Made by a program: the position numbers and the translations under genes
Shown here: piece by piece, positions 40,627-50,773 of the stretch
How the letters are laid out: every line of letters begins with the position of its first letter
Numbering within the stretch: the stretch's first letter is position 1
Notes under the pieces: generated by a model
Told to the model about the DNA's origin: nothing
The model's database searches: none
Seen by the model: only the letters and a program-made list of their open reading frames with translations
Assembly (NCBI GenBank): GCA_963702435.1
Contig: CAVPCR010000004.1
Location: 576,001-640,000 of the forward strand
Length of the DNA stretch: 64,000 nt
Direction: 5' to 3'
From: Candidatus Eiseniibacteriota bacterium
Lineage (GTDB): Bacteria > Eisenbacteria > RBG-16-71-46 > CAVPCR01

Positions 40627-42222
40627 ATGAGCGTTCAGCCGAATCCGGAGCCAGTCGAAGCTCCGCCGCAGCCGCAGCCCCCCTGGCTCCTCGTCGTCGA
40701 CGATCAGCGGGATACGCTCGCCGTTCTCGAGATCACGCTCGAGACCGAGGGCTACCGCGTTCGCTGCGTCGGGAGCGGTGAGGAGGCGCTCGCCGCCGTG
40801 GTGGACGAGGCCCCGGCCCTCGTCATTCTGGATGTGCGGCTCCCGGGCATCGATGGCTTCGAGGTCTGCCGCGCGCTCAAGCAGCGTCCCGCGACCGCCG
40901 GCGTCCCGGTCATCATGATCTCGGCCAACGCCGAGGAAGAGGCGCGCGTGCGCGGCCTGGACGCCGGCGCCGCCGAGTTCCTCGCCAAGCCGTTCTACCC
41001 GCGCGAGCTCCTGGCCAAGGTCTACCGCTGTCTCAAGGCCGCCGAGGACCAGGATCGGCTCTCCAAGCGCAATGTCGCGCTCGAGGAGGAAGCGGTACGG
41101 CAGCGGCTGAGCCTCGATCGCACCGAGAAGCGGCTCAAGAAGCAGGTCTACTCGACGCAGACCTTGATGAGCATGGTGCACGAGCTGGCCGGGTCGCTGA
41201 AACCGGACCAGCTCCTCAACTCCTTCATGCTCATGGTGCTCGGTCAGCTCGGCGCGAGCTCGATCTGTCTGCTCCTCCCCGCCGACAACTCGGAGAACGT
41301 GCTCCTTCCGCGCGCCAAGAAGGGCGTCAAGGAAGGAAACCTCGGGGCCACCTGCATCAACGTGAGCGACGAGATCGGCCGCTATCTCCGCGAGCGGAAC
41401 CGGCCGGCCGAGATCGAGTGGCTCATCCGGCGGCCGGGGCTCCGCCGCGGGCTCGAGCCGTTCCACGTGGCCGGCTTCCAGATCGTGGATCCGGTCGTGA
41501 TGAAGGGGCAGCTCGCGCTCGTTGTGCTGCTCGGCGAGCGCGTGAACGGCCATCCCTACGAGCGCGTGGACCTCGAGCTCCTGGCCAGCCTCTCTCGCAC
41601 GGCGGGAGTCGCGCTCGAGAACGCGAAGCTCTTCCGCGAGCTCCAGGAGACCTGCCTCGGCATCATCCGCACGCTCCTCTCGACCCTCGAGGCCAAAGAC
41701 ACCTATACGCGCGGCCACACCGAGCGCGTGGCCATGTACTCGGTGACCATCGCCGAGGAGCTCGGCATCGCGGGCGAGGATCTCGAGAACATCCGGATCG
41801 GCGCCACCCTGCACGACATCGGCAAGCTCGGGATCATGGACAAGGTGCTCAACAAGCCGGCGGCGCTCGACCGCGAGGAGCGCCAGCACATCATGAGCCA
41901 CCCGGCGCGCGGCGCCGCCATCCTCGAGGGGATCCGTTTCCTCGAGCCGGCGGTGGATCTCGTCCGCCACCACCACGAGTACATCGACGGCAGCGGATAT
42001 CCCGACGGCCTGAGCGGCGAGGAGATCTCGATCGGGTCGCGCATCGTCGCCGTCTCCGACGCCTTCGATGCAATGACCTCGGGCCGCGTCTACATGCAGG
42101 CGATGGCGGTCGCCGGCGCGCTCGACACGCTCAGGAAGAAGAGCGGCAAGCAGTACGACCTCAAGGTGGTCGAGGCGCTCGATCGCGTGATCACCAAGGG
42201 GACGCTCCAGCTCGGCATCTAG
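40627..42222 (+). CDS. Response regulator with GAF and HD-GYP c-di-GMP phosphodiesterase domains
   Basis: REC (VVDD, LDVRLP, KPF), GAF-like middle, HTERV, LHDIGK, HHHEYIDGSGYPDGL. Confidence 0.92.
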   Translation: MSVQPNPEPVEAPPQPQPPWLLVVDDQRDTLAVLEITLETEGYRVRCVGSGEEALAAVVDEAPALVILDVRLPGIDGFEVCRALKQRPATAGVPVIMISANAEEEARVRGLDAGAAEFLAKPFYPRELLAKVYRCLKAAEDQDRLSKRNVALEEEAVRQRLSLDRTEKRLKKQVYSTQTLMSMVHELAGSLKPDQLLNSFMLMVLGQLGASSICLLLPADNSENVLLPRAKKGVKEGNLGATCINVSDEIGRYLRERNRPAEIEWLIRRPGLRRGLEPFHVAGFQIVDPVVMKGQLALVVLLGERVNGHPYERVDLELLASLSRTAGVALENAKLFRELQETCLGIIRTLLSTLEAKDTYTRGHTERVAMYSVTIAEELGIAGEDLENIRIGATLHDIGKLGIMDKVLNKPAALDREERQHIMSHPARGAAILEGIRFLEPAVDLVRHHHEYIDGSGYPDGLSGEEISIGSRIVAVSDAFDAMTSGRVYMQAMAVAGALDTLRKKSGKQYDLKVVEALDRVITKGTLQLGI

Positions 42223-42920
42223 ACCGCGCGCCGCCCGGCGCGCCGGCGAGCAGCACGCCCGGGCATCCCCGACACCCACGGGGATCCAGCCGCCGTGAAC
42301 CGCCATCTCTTCTCGCGCCACGGACCGGCGTAGTCCACTCCGATGCGCGTGGTCGCCTCGATCGCGCGCGGCGCCGTCCCCGCTTCGAGGAAGAGCTTGC
42401 GACCCGAGAGGCTGGCACCGGAGAGCGTGCGATCGATGGCGAGGGCCTGGCAGAGCCGGCCCGGTCCGGAGAGGAGCGCGCGGAGCGCGGGGCCGGGGTC
42501 CTCCGTTGCGCGCGCAAGGCGGGCCGGCATCAGCCCGGGGATCTCGGCATCGAGCTTCGCCGCAAGCCCGCGGTGATCCGCCATGACTGGAATCCCCTCG
42601 CGCGGTTCGAGCGCGCGGATGAGGACGGCCGCCGGGAGTCCGGGCGGCTCGCTCACGACGTTCAGGCAGTGATGCATGCCGTAGACGAGGTAGACGTAGG
42701 CGTGCCCGGGCGGCCCATACATGACCTCGGTGCGTTGCGTGCGGCCCGCCGCGGCATGGCAGGCGAGGTCCTCTTCTCCGATGTACGCCTCGGTCTCGAC
42801 GATAATCCCGGCGAGGCGCCGGCCGTCGAGGCGGCGCACGAGCCGCTGCCCGAGGAGCGCGCGGGCGAGCGCGAGCGTGGGCTGAGCGAAGAAGTCGGGA
42901 TCGAGACGGCGTGACGGCAT
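42219..42920 (-). CDS. DNA-3-methyladenine glycosylase (MPG/AAG family)
   Basis: IVETEAYIG, YVYLVYGMHHCLNVV, AVLIRALEP, GPGRLC and TRIG motifs. Confidence 0.93.
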   Translation of the reverse strand: MPSRRLDPDFFAQPTLALARALLGQRLVRRLDGRRLAGIIVETEAYIGEEDLACHAAAGRTQRTEVMYGPPGHAYVYLVYGMHHCLNVVSEPPGLPAAVLIRALEPREGIPVMADHRGLAAKLDAEIPGLMPARLARATEDPGPALRALLSGPGRLCQALAIDRTLSGASLSGRKLFLEAGTAPRAIEATTRIGVDYAGPWREKRWRFTAAGSPWVSGMPGRAARRRAGRRAV

Positions 42921-43048
42921 GGTGACTCCATGGCGGCGATGTCGATCACGCCGTTGTCACGTCGGGGAGCGTGTCGCGGGCGCGGCATTCACCGTAACCA
43001 ATAGTCGCGCATGGGGAAAGTGGAGCCTGGGGGCATCCGGCGATGCGC

Positions 43049-43064
43049 CGGCACGACGCTTGCG
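43049..43064 (+). promoter_or_regulatory. Putative sigma54 promoter
   Basis: CGGCACGACGCTTGCG (GG-N10-GC). Confidence 0.5.
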
Positions 43065-43070
43065 ATGACG

Positions 43071-43201
43071 GATGGCCGGCCGGCGGTGGGAGTCCGGGGC
43101 CCTTCAAGGTCGCCCGGGGCCCCGGGCTCCCGCCCCGGCCGGGCCATCTTCTGAAACGGTACAGGTAGCCAGTTGGCTACTGTTGGTAATCCGTTTCCAG
43201 A
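43071..43201 (+). ncRNA. Candidate structured small RNA (two long hairpins)
   Basis: Hairpins at 43071-43148 and 43150-43201 begin just downstream of a sigma54-like site; stem mismatches are G-U compatible on the + strand. Confidence 0.35.
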
Positions 43202-43244
43202 GGCGTCCGGGCCGTTCCGGTGAGTGCGGCGCCGCCGGAGGCCG

Positions 43245-43772
43245 TCACCTCCGGTGCGCTGTCGTCCCGCTGGAGACGCGATCGAGATTCCGGTTCTTCG
43301 CACGCGACTCAGCGGCCATCCGCCGGCGATATGCCGTGAGCTTCATCCGCAGCCCGCGCTGGCTGAGCCCCAGGATCCGAGCTGCCAGCAACCCGGCGTT
43401 GCGTCCGTTACCGATCGCCACCGTCGCCACCGGGATCCCGGCCGGCATCTGCACGATCGAGAGGAGCGAGTCGATCCCGTGCAAGGACCTGCTCTCGACC
43501 GGCACCCCGATCACCGGCAAGAGGGTATGGGCTGCCACCATCCCTGGCAGGTGCGCCGCGCCGCCCGCCCCCGCGATGATGACCTTGAGCCCGCGCCGCT
43601 CCGCCGTCGCGGCATACCGCGCCATGTCGTCCGGAGTCCGGTGCGCGCTGACCACACGGATCTCATGCGGAACCCCGAGCTCAGCGAGCGCCTCCGCAGC
43701 CGCCTTGAGGGTCGGCCAGTCCGAATCGCTGCCCATGATTATGCCGACGACGGGCCTTGTTGCCGCCTTCAT
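43245..43772 (-). CDS. purE: N5-CAIR mutase
   Basis: [25 protein letters not shown] and SIVQMP motifs; ATGA overlap with purK. Confidence 0.96.
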   Translation of the reverse strand: MKAATRPVVGIIMGSDSDWPTLKAAAEALAELGVPHEIRVVSAHRTPDDMARYAATAERRGLKVIIAGAGGAAHLPGMVAAHTLLPVIGVPVESRSLHGIDSLLSIVQMPAGIPVATVAIGNGRNAGLLAARILGLSQRGLRMKLTAYRRRMAAESRAKNRNLDRVSSGTTAHRR

Positions 43773-44956
43773 CGATCCCCTCCGAACCGGATGCAATCGG
43801 CCGCGCGCTGCGCCGTGGCGTACGCCGCCTCGGGTGTCGGCCCGAGGGCGGTGACGTGGCCCATCTTGCGACCCTGGGCGCTCCGGCTCTTGCCATAGAC
43901 GTGGACATGCGCTCCAGGCACCTGCAAAGCACCGCTCAAGCCCACCGCGGTGCCGTCGCCGTCACCGAAGCCGAGGAGGTTCACCATCGCGGCCGCCGGC
44001 GCCACCATCTCGGTCGAGCCCAGGGGCCAGTTCAGCACGGCGCGGACGTGGTTCTCGAACTGGGATGTCGTGCACGCCTCGATCGTGTAGTGACCCGTGT
44101 TGTGGACGCGCGGAGCGATCTCGTTGACGAGCAGTCGGCCATCGGGGAGCAGGAACATCTCCATCCCGAAACTACCGACTCCGCCGATGGCGGTGACGGC
44201 ATGCTCGGCGATGTCTCCAGCCGCCCGCGCGACTTCCTGGGGCACGGCGGCCGGCGCCTTGACGATGTGGCAGATGTGTTCCCGGTTGATGGTCTCGACG
44301 ACAGGGTAGCGCGCCACCTTGCCATCCTGGCTGCGCGTCACGATGATCGCCAGCTCGAGGGCAAAGTCACAAAACCCCTCAACATAGAGCGCCTCTCGGG
44401 AGCCGTCAAGCCTCGCCCATGCCGCCGCGAGGTCCCCAGAGACACGCAGGGTGGCGTTGCCCTTGCCATCGTAGCTGTTCCGCCGCTTCTTCAGCACCGC
44501 GGGGAACCCGAAACGCGCGATGGCCTCCATGCTCGGCGCCGGGGCGAAGCGCGGCACCGGCAGGCCAGCCTGGGCGAAGGCCTGCTTCTGGTGGAGCTTG
44601 TCCTGCACCAGGGCGATGGTGGTGACTGCCGGCCAGAGCTGATGCCGGCTATCGGCCAGCACGACCAGGGCCGAGGTGTCCACGAACTCGTTCTCGAGCG
44701 TCACGACATCGACGAGCGGCGCCAGCTTCAACAGCTCGCGTGGATCGTTCCAGTCTCCGATGATCGCGTGGGTATCGACACTGTGGGCTGGGAAGTCATC
44801 GTGCCGCTCGAGCACGACGACCTCGCAACCGAACTTCGCGGCTGCGGCGGCGGTCATCTTGGCGAGCTGCCCGCCGCCGAGAATGCCGAGGCGCGGTGCC
44901 GGGGTATCCGCGAGCGGACGCAGGGAGGGCGCTGATTCAGGCTGGGAGCGATGCAT
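43769..44956 (-). CDS. purK: N5-CAIR synthetase (ATP-grasp)
   Basis: [28 protein letters not shown] and RKMGHV motifs. Confidence 0.95.
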   Translation of the reverse strand: MHRSQPESAPSLRPLADTPAPRLGILGGGQLAKMTAAAAAKFGCEVVVLERHDDFPAHSVDTHAIIGDWNDPRELLKLAPLVDVVTLENEFVDTSALVVLADSRHQLWPAVTTIALVQDKLHQKQAFAQAGLPVPRFAPAPSMEAIARFGFPAVLKKRRNSYDGKGNATLRVSGDLAAAWARLDGSREALYVEGFCDFALELAIIVTRSQDGKVARYPVVETINREHICHIVKAPAAVPQEVARAAGDIAEHAVTAIGGVGSFGMEMFLLPDGRLLVNEIAPRVHNTGHYTIEACTTSQFENHVRAVLNWPLGSTEMVAPAAAMVNLLGFGDGDGTAVGLSGALQVPGAHVHVYGKSRSAQGRKMGHVTALGPTPEAAYATAQRAADCIRFGGDR

Positions 44957-45046
44957 GGCCCGTATGATACGCCTCTCCCGGTGCCGGCGGACAGCCCGTG
45001 ATGTCACCGACGCGGGAGACGGCATTGACGGCCGCGTCACCATGGG

Positions 45047-45703
45047 TTAGAGCGCAATGCTCGCCCACCACCCAGTCCCCCCACTGGGAGACAACGTGAA
45101 TCGCAAGGGGGTCCTCGTTGTGCCCTCGCCGGTATTCGCGTCGGCGTAGGTCAGGCACGGAGGATCCCACTCAAACTCCCGACGCTTCGCCCGCTCCAAG
45201 GCGATCATTCCATACGTGTCCTGCGTCCAGACTCCTGGGGCGCGCAAGGCCACGACGCGCATGTCGCTGCCTTCCGCCACGCACCTACAAAGTTCCTCCG
45301 CAAGGTGCTTCGATATCCCACAGGGTGTCGACGGATAGCAGCGGTGAGCATCATCAAGGGGAAGGCAGTCAGGTGGGCGCTCACCCTTGAAGACGCCAAG
45401 GGCATCGACGCTGCTCAAGAAGGCAACGCGCTTGACATGTGCGGCTTGAGCCGCGCATAGCACGTTTCCATGTGCCCTGCAGATTCACTTCCATGATCTG
45501 CTCCGCGCTCTCCCGCTCCGTCCTGAGGAGTGCTGCGGCATGAATAGCGGCCTCGCAACCACGCATCGCTGTGCTGAGTGTGGCCAACTGCAAAATGTCT
45601 TGCCCATCCCGATCGAAGCCCAGGGCGGCGCGATGGGCATTCTCGAGTTCCTCCTCACGGCAGACCCGATCAACCCGCGACTGCCTGTTACAAGAACGCG
45701 CAT
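45047..45703 (-). pseudogene. Decayed NAD-dependent epimerase/dehydratase
   Basis: MRVLVTGSRGLIG, ...AIHAAAL...VNLQGTW and ...FLSS...PCGISK lie in three different frames; the YxxxK Tyr is replaced by Cys and the C-terminus looks truncated. Confidence 0.75.
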
Positions 45704-45719
45704 GGCTTTGCCTCGAGGC

Positions 45720-45765
45720 GACTAACGGTCGACCTAGCCGGGTCCGGTTGAGCGAGGGGTTAGGC
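45720..45765 (-). mobile_element. Degenerate integron attC-like site
   Basis: GCCTAAC-CCCTC-GCTCAACC-GGACCC-GGCTAGG-TCGACC-GTTAGTC; the upstream gene's TAA lies in the first core box. Confidence 0.55.
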
Positions 45766-46734
45766 GTCGCTGCCTGGCCGAGCAAGGGCATCTTGAACCC
45801 GGGTGAACTGCACTTCCCACAGCCAACGCATGCTCTCTGCTGTGGCTGCCTTCGAGCACCACTCGAGCGGGACATTCAGGCACTGTTCCACCGAGAGTCT
45901 CCAATCAGCCAGCGCTTCCTCCCAACTGTAGTCAGGCTTGCCGAGGACCTCATACCACTGGCGAAGGACGATGAGTTCGCACTCCTGCCTTGCCTGCTCT
46001 GGCCACCAGGGAATCATGAAATAGGCCAGATCGGATGCCGCGACGCCGTAGGTCAGCGACCAATCGAACGGCTGTCGATCCAGGAAGTACACCGGGGTCT
46101 CACCGCTTCTTGGGGTGAGCACATTCGTAGGGTTGAGGTCTCCGTGTAGAATCGACATGCCTTGGGGCTTGGCCCAACGCAGTCGAAACGCCCGCTCATG
46201 ACGCTCGAACCGATCTCGCAGCGAGTGCCCCGTAGCACTCTCCATGACCGGGAGGCCCGGGCGAATCTCATCGAAGTAGCGATCAAGCGCAGCATTGTCT
46301 GGTGCTGGCATCGTTTCCCAGTGGTGCCTGTGCAGTCGGCCAAGCGCCTGTGCCACCGCCACGCCATAGGCCAGCGACGGTGCGGCGTCTCGGCGGTCTC
46401 TGTGAGTTGCCGCCAGATCGGCGAGCAGGAGGTGATAACCAACGGCTGGGTCATACTGCGCATCGAAGCATGGCACGAGCGGTGCGTCCGGCAGGCCAAC
46501 GTAGTCTCGGGTGTAGTAGTCGACCTCCGAGCGCCCGAAGGTGTCGCCCTGGCAGACCTTCAGGCGAAGCGCGCACGTCGTGCCATCGATCAAGTATGCA
46601 TCGATGATCAGCTGGCGTGACCAGTTTCCATGGCTGGAAGCGATCCGGACGTTTTCAACGCCTCGCGCCAGGACTTCGCTAAGCCACGATGCGGAGACCT
46701 CACTTTCACTCCGAATCACTGTTCTCGGCGACAT
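45760..46734 (-). CDS. Aminoglycoside phosphotransferase/choline kinase-like protein
   Basis: HGDLNPTN Brenner-type motif followed by a FLD segment; LLLADL and LHRHHW segments typical of APH/EcKinase folds. Confidence 0.8.
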   Translation of the reverse strand: MSPRTVIRSESEVSASWLSEVLARGVENVRIASSHGNWSRQLIIDAYLIDGTTCALRLKVCQGDTFGRSEVDYYTRDYVGLPDAPLVPCFDAQYDPAVGYHLLLADLAATHRDRRDAAPSLAYGVAVAQALGRLHRHHWETMPAPDNAALDRYFDEIRPGLPVMESATGHSLRDRFERHERAFRLRWAKPQGMSILHGDLNPTNVLTPRSGETPVYFLDRQPFDWSLTYGVAASDLAYFMIPWWPEQARQECELIVLRQWYEVLGKPDYSWEEALADWRLSVEQCLNVPLEWCSKAATAESMRWLWEVQFTRVQDALARPGSDA

Positions 46735-47610
46735 GGCTAGGGCAGGATAGGTGAGCGGCTCAGGTGCAATGCGCGGTACCCGCGACGCCAGATCAGTGAA
46801 GCGGGCTGCGAAGGTAATCGGTTACGCCTGCCGACGCATGTGGGGTAGGCTGGCGAGCGGTTCGTGGAGCGGAGCCGCATGTGTCTCTGTGCCGCCAGGG
46901 TGGAGCGAGTCCCCGGCATCCTTTCCCGAGATATGCCGCGAGCCGACGACGAACAGCCGGATAGAGGTCGCGACTGGCCTCCAGAGGATGCGAGCACTTG
47001 GGTGCGTCGGGGCCGCGGTTGAGGACGTGGACCCTCATGGCGGAGGCGAGCACCCCTGGGTGACAGGCCTGAGCTCTTGCCGTCCATGACTCCGATCTGG
47101 CTTGTAGCTTCCGCGACCATGGTCCCCTCCCCGGCGGGACGGGGGCTGGGACGTCGCCGGCACCGACGAGCGTCAAGGATAGACGGCAATCCCGCCGTAG
47201 ACCACTGCCCATACATGCCCGGGTGCCGTAGGCCACCGCGGCGCAACCGAGGCCTCCCGCCTGCTTGGGACTTTGTCAGCGCTGCGGCGATGCCCGCAAC
47301 TCTCCTGACCGAGGGTCATGTTGTTCTCACTTCTCCATGAGAATCCGACGGGTCCATCCGTCACAGTCCAGTGGGCTGTCCTTGCCTCCGTCCACGGCCT
47401 TTGAGTCCGTAACTTCCGGTATCAGCGGCGGCTCCGGCCGCCACGGCTCCCATGGACCGGAGAACTTCGCGCGCACCAGGACGCTCCGGCTCGCGCTGAA
47501 GGAGCCGGCCGCGAGTTGATTGATATGAGCCAGGCAGCTCGGCACGCGGCCCCGTCCACACGCGTCGTACCATGCATGTGTCACCCGATCACCCATGGAG
47601 GTCACGCCCC

Positions 47611-48060
47611 ATGTACCGTCACGCACCGACCGCGCTCATGACCGGCGCCGTTCTCGCCAGTGCGGCCCTCGCTCTTTGCTTCGCCGGCCCGGCGGCGGCG
47701 CAATGGGCCCCGCAGGTGAGCGGCGGCTCGATTCGAGGCCCTCTCGGCGCGGCCCAGTCCATTCGCCGGTCGGGTCTCGATCCCGATCCTGGGGCCGGCG
47801 GTCAAGCCACGGCACGGATCTACGATCCCGCTGGACGGCTCGTGGCCCGACCGACGCTGCGAGGGGCAGTCGCCGGCACCGCCGGGGCCACCTGGGGCAG
47901 CCGGGACGCCTCTGGAAGTGAATCTCCAGTAGTAACTTACGGAATCGAAGCACGATCGGAATGGGGGCCGGCCCGGGCCCGGCTCGTGCGGATCGAAGTA
48001 GCCATATCGCCAGCGATCCCGCGGGATCGCCTGGCACCCGCAGACGCCCGCCCGGTTTGA
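47611..48060 (+). pseudogene. Remnant of a secreted protein with FlgD-like Ig C-terminal domain
   Basis: GGAGG RBS, signal peptide ending AAA-Q, then almost directly RIYDPAGRLVAR...WGSRDASG...Y; no catalytic domain in between. Confidence 0.5.
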
Positions 48061-48085
48061 CAATCCCCGGGCCGCATGCTACCTT
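48057..48085 (+). promoter_or_regulatory. sigma70 promoter of the atp operon
   Basis: TTGACA-N17-TACCTT with an extended -10 TG. Confidence 0.65.
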
Positions 48086-48168
48086 CCGCCCCGCTTGCGC
48101 CATTTTTCACAAACCCGCCTGCACCGCAACCATAAGTCATTACGATTCTTAAGTCGCGAGGTGCCGCG

Positions 48169-48477
48169 TTGGCGCGGATGACGAAGGAGCAGGCGCGGCT
48201 CGCACGGCAGGTCGGGCTCCTCACGGCCATCCCGTTCATGCTGCTGGCCGGCCCCGTGCTCGGGTACCTCGTCGGGAGCTGGCTCGACCGGAAGTTCGGG
48301 ACCGAGCCCATCCTGCTCATCGTGCTTCTCCTCGTCGGTCTCGCCGCCTCCGGGCGGGAGACCTACGAGCTCATCAAGCTGGCCAGTCGCGAGGACGTCG
48401 GAAGCGATGGAGGAGACGGGGGACAAGGGCGCGGGGATGGGGTACCTCCGGAAGGTCGGCCTCGCCAGCGCGATTAG
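48169..48477 (+). CDS. AtpZ/AtpI family protein
   Basis: Two TM segments with GYLVGSWLDRKFGT; first gene of the atp operon. Confidence 0.85.
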   Translation: MARMTKEQARLARQVGLLTAIPFMLLAGPVLGYLVGSWLDRKFGTEPILLIVLLLVGLAASGRETYELIKLASREDVGSDGGDGGQGRGDGVPPEGRPRQRD

Positions 48478-48823
48478 CGGGCTCGTTCTCGGGCTCGGCT
48501 TCATCGCCGGCGGGCTCGCCCGCTGGGGCTCCGGGGTCATCGCCGGCGACCTGTGGGCGATCGCGAACCTCTACTGCGTTCGCTTCGTGCTCGTGCGCGG
48601 GCTCCGGCCCGCCGGCGAGCCGGTGGGGTTCGCACACCTCTGGATGTGGTTCGGTCTCCTCGTCAAGTTCCCACTTCTCTACGGGCTTGGCTATCTGATG
48701 CTCAAGTCCGGGTGGTTCAGGACGGAAGGACTGATGATCGGATTCATCGTGCCGTTCGCGGTCGCGTTCGCCGACGCGCTCGGGCAGTTCGCCGCCGAGC
48801 GGCGGCAGGCAGCGCTGCGATGA
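48407..48823 (+). CDS. atpI: ATP synthase protein I-like
   Basis: Four TM segments, directly upstream of atpB; start may be 48437. Confidence 0.7.
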   Translation: MEETGDKGAGMGYLRKVGLASAISGLVLGLGFIAGGLARWGSGVIAGDLWAIANLYCVRFVLVRGLRPAGEPVGFAHLWMWFGLLVKFPLLYGLGYLMLKSGWFRTEGLMIGFIVPFAVAFADALGQFAAERRQAALR

Positions 48824-49887
48824 ACGCCCCGCGTATCCGGCAGAGCGCGGCCGGAGCCGAGCGCACCCGAGCGCGCCGCTGGTTCCGGACGGCCGTCGTC
48901 TTCGCGGCGCTCGTTGTCCTTGCCACCCTGCCGGCGCTCCGTCCCGGCGCCCTCGCCACCGGAGAGCCGGGACACGGGACTCCGGTCACACCGCCGGCGA
49001 CCGTTGACTCGGCGATGCACGGCGCCGCGCCCGGTGCGGAGACGCACGACGCCGCGCACGGCGAAGCCGCGCATGGCGACGCCGCACATGGCGACGCCGC
49101 ACACGGCGAGGCGGCGCACTCCGAGCACCCGCCCGAGCTCCCGAACGTGATCACGATCCTCAACCAGCGCTACCCCGACAGCGCGTTCGTGCATTTCCTC
49201 CACACCTGGGAGAACCAGGTGTTCATGTTCTTCTACATCATCGTGCTCATCGTGGTCGCGGGGCTGGGCGCGCGCGCTCTCGAGCGCATCCCCGGTCCGT
49301 TCCAGAACGGGGTCGAGTTCGTGGTGGAGAGCCTCGACGACTTCGTCGCCAGCATCCTCGGCCCCCACGGCCGCAAGCTCGTGCCGTTCCTCGGCACGCT
49401 CTTCGTGTTCATCCTGACCATGAACTATGCCGGGCTCGTGCCGTTCCTCAAGTCGCCGACGGCGAACCTGAACACGACGCTGGCCATGGCGCTCTGCGTC
49501 TTCCTCTATGTGCAGTGGACCGGCATCCGGTCCTTCGGCATCGTCGGCTATCTCGATCACCTGGCCGGCTCGCCGCGCGACATCGTGGGCTTCGTGCTCA
49601 TGCCGATCATGCTCCCCCTCCATATCGTCGGGGAGCTGGTCAAGCCGATGAGCCTCTCCCTTCGGCTCTTCGGCAACGTGACCGGGGAGGACGTGCTCCT
49701 GGCCGTCTTCGTGGGGCTCGGCGTCAGTCTCCTCGGCATCTTCGCGCACGGGCTCCCGTTCGGCATTCCGCTGCAGGCGCTCGTCTATCCGCTGCTTCTC
49801 ATCTTCGGTTTCATCCAGGCTCTGGTGTTCACGCTCCTGAGCACGATCTACTTCTTCATGATGCTCCCGCACGAGGAGCATCACTAG
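48820..49887 (+). CDS. atpB: F0 subunit a with N-terminal signal-like and His-rich extension
   Basis: [27 protein letters not shown] motifs. Confidence 0.94.
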   Translation: MNAPRIRQSAAGAERTRARRWFRTAVVFAALVVLATLPALRPGALATGEPGHGTPVTPPATVDSAMHGAAPGAETHDAAHGEAAHGDAAHGDAAHGEAAHSEHPPELPNVITILNQRYPDSAFVHFLHTWENQVFMFFYIIVLIVVAGLGARALERIPGPFQNGVEFVVESLDDFVASILGPHGRKLVPFLGTLFVFILTMNYAGLVPFLKSPTANLNTTLAMALCVFLYVQWTGIRSFGIVGYLDHLAGSPRDIVGFVLMPIMLPLHIVGELVKPMSLSLRLFGNVTGEDVLLAVFVGLGVSLLGIFAHGLPFGIPLQALVYPLLLIFGFIQALVFTLLSTIYFFMMLPHEEHH

Positions 49888-49952
49888 GGGAGTGGGTCCG
49901 GCTCAGGCCGGGCCCGGTGTTACGAACGACTCTGAAAGGGGGTCTCACGTTC

Positions 49953-50189
49953 ATGGACCACAGCGCAACCATCGGTCTCGCCCTCCCGATCGGTCTCGGG
50001 ATCGCCGCCTTCGGTTCCGCCTTCGGGCTCGGCCGCGCGGTCGGCGCCGCCATGGAGGCGATCGGCCGCCAGCCGGAAGCGGCGGCCAAGATCCAGACGG
50101 CCATGATCATCGGCTGCGCGCTCATCGAGGCGCTCACCATCTACGCCCTGGTCAGCGTGTTCGTGCTGCAGGGCAAGATCGCGGGCTAG
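49953..50189 (+). CDS. atpE: F0 subunit c (H+-type)
   Basis: GRQPEA loop and LIEALTIY; lacks the Na+-type Q...E(S/T) signature. Confidence 0.96.
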   Translation: MDHSATIGLALPIGLGIAAFGSAFGLGRAVGAAMEAIGRQPEAAAKIQTAMIIGCALIEALTIYALVSVFVLQGKIAG

Positions 50190-50263
50190 GGCGCGACGGC
50201 CGGGATCGCCGCCGCTCGCCCGCGCTCGCGCGGGATTGACGGCGGTCCGGTCCGGGAGAAGCC

Positions 50264-50755
50264 ATGCTTACGATCAGCTGGCCTCAGCTCATCACCAACA
50301 TCATCGGGTTCCTGCTCCTGTTCTGGGGGCTCAAGCGCTTCGCCTGGGGACCGCTCCTCGGTCTCCTCGACGAGCGGCGCGCGCGCATCCAGAAGGAGAT
50401 CGCGGACGTCGCCGACCTGAAGCGGCAGGCGGAGGCGCTCGGCGCCGAGTTCGAGCAGAAGATGCGCGAGATCGACGCCCTGAGCCGGAAGCGCCTGGAA
50501 GAGGCGAGCCGCGAGGCGCTCGGGGTGGCGGCCGAGATCAGGGACAAGGCGCGCGAGGAGTCCGCCGCGATTCTCGAGAAGGCGAAGGCCGACATCGAGC
50601 GGGAGCGGGACAAGGCGCGCGTCGCGCTTCGCGATGACATGGTGCGGATGGTGGTCATGACCGGCGAGAAGATCCTCCGCGAGCGGCTATCGGCCGACAA
50701 GCATGCGGAGCTCATCGGCCGCTACATCGACGACCTCGAGAGCATCAGGCGCTAG
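50264..50755 (+). CDS. atpF: F0 subunit b
   Basis: N-terminal TM, FAWGPLLGLLDER, coiled coil. Confidence 0.93.
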   Translation: MLTISWPQLITNIIGFLLLFWGLKRFAWGPLLGLLDERRARIQKEIADVADLKRQAEALGAEFEQKMREIDALSRKRLEEASREALGVAAEIRDKAREESAAILEKAKADIERERDKARVALRDDMVRMVVMTGEKILRERLSADKHAELIGRYIDDLESIRR

Positions 50756-50773
50756 GGACAGGCGGAGGCGACC

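Noticed and set aside
49953..50189. Na+-translocating ATP synthase (suggested by adjacent gltS)
   Set aside because: Subunit c lacks the Gln and E-S/T Na+ ligands; it reads GLG and EAL.
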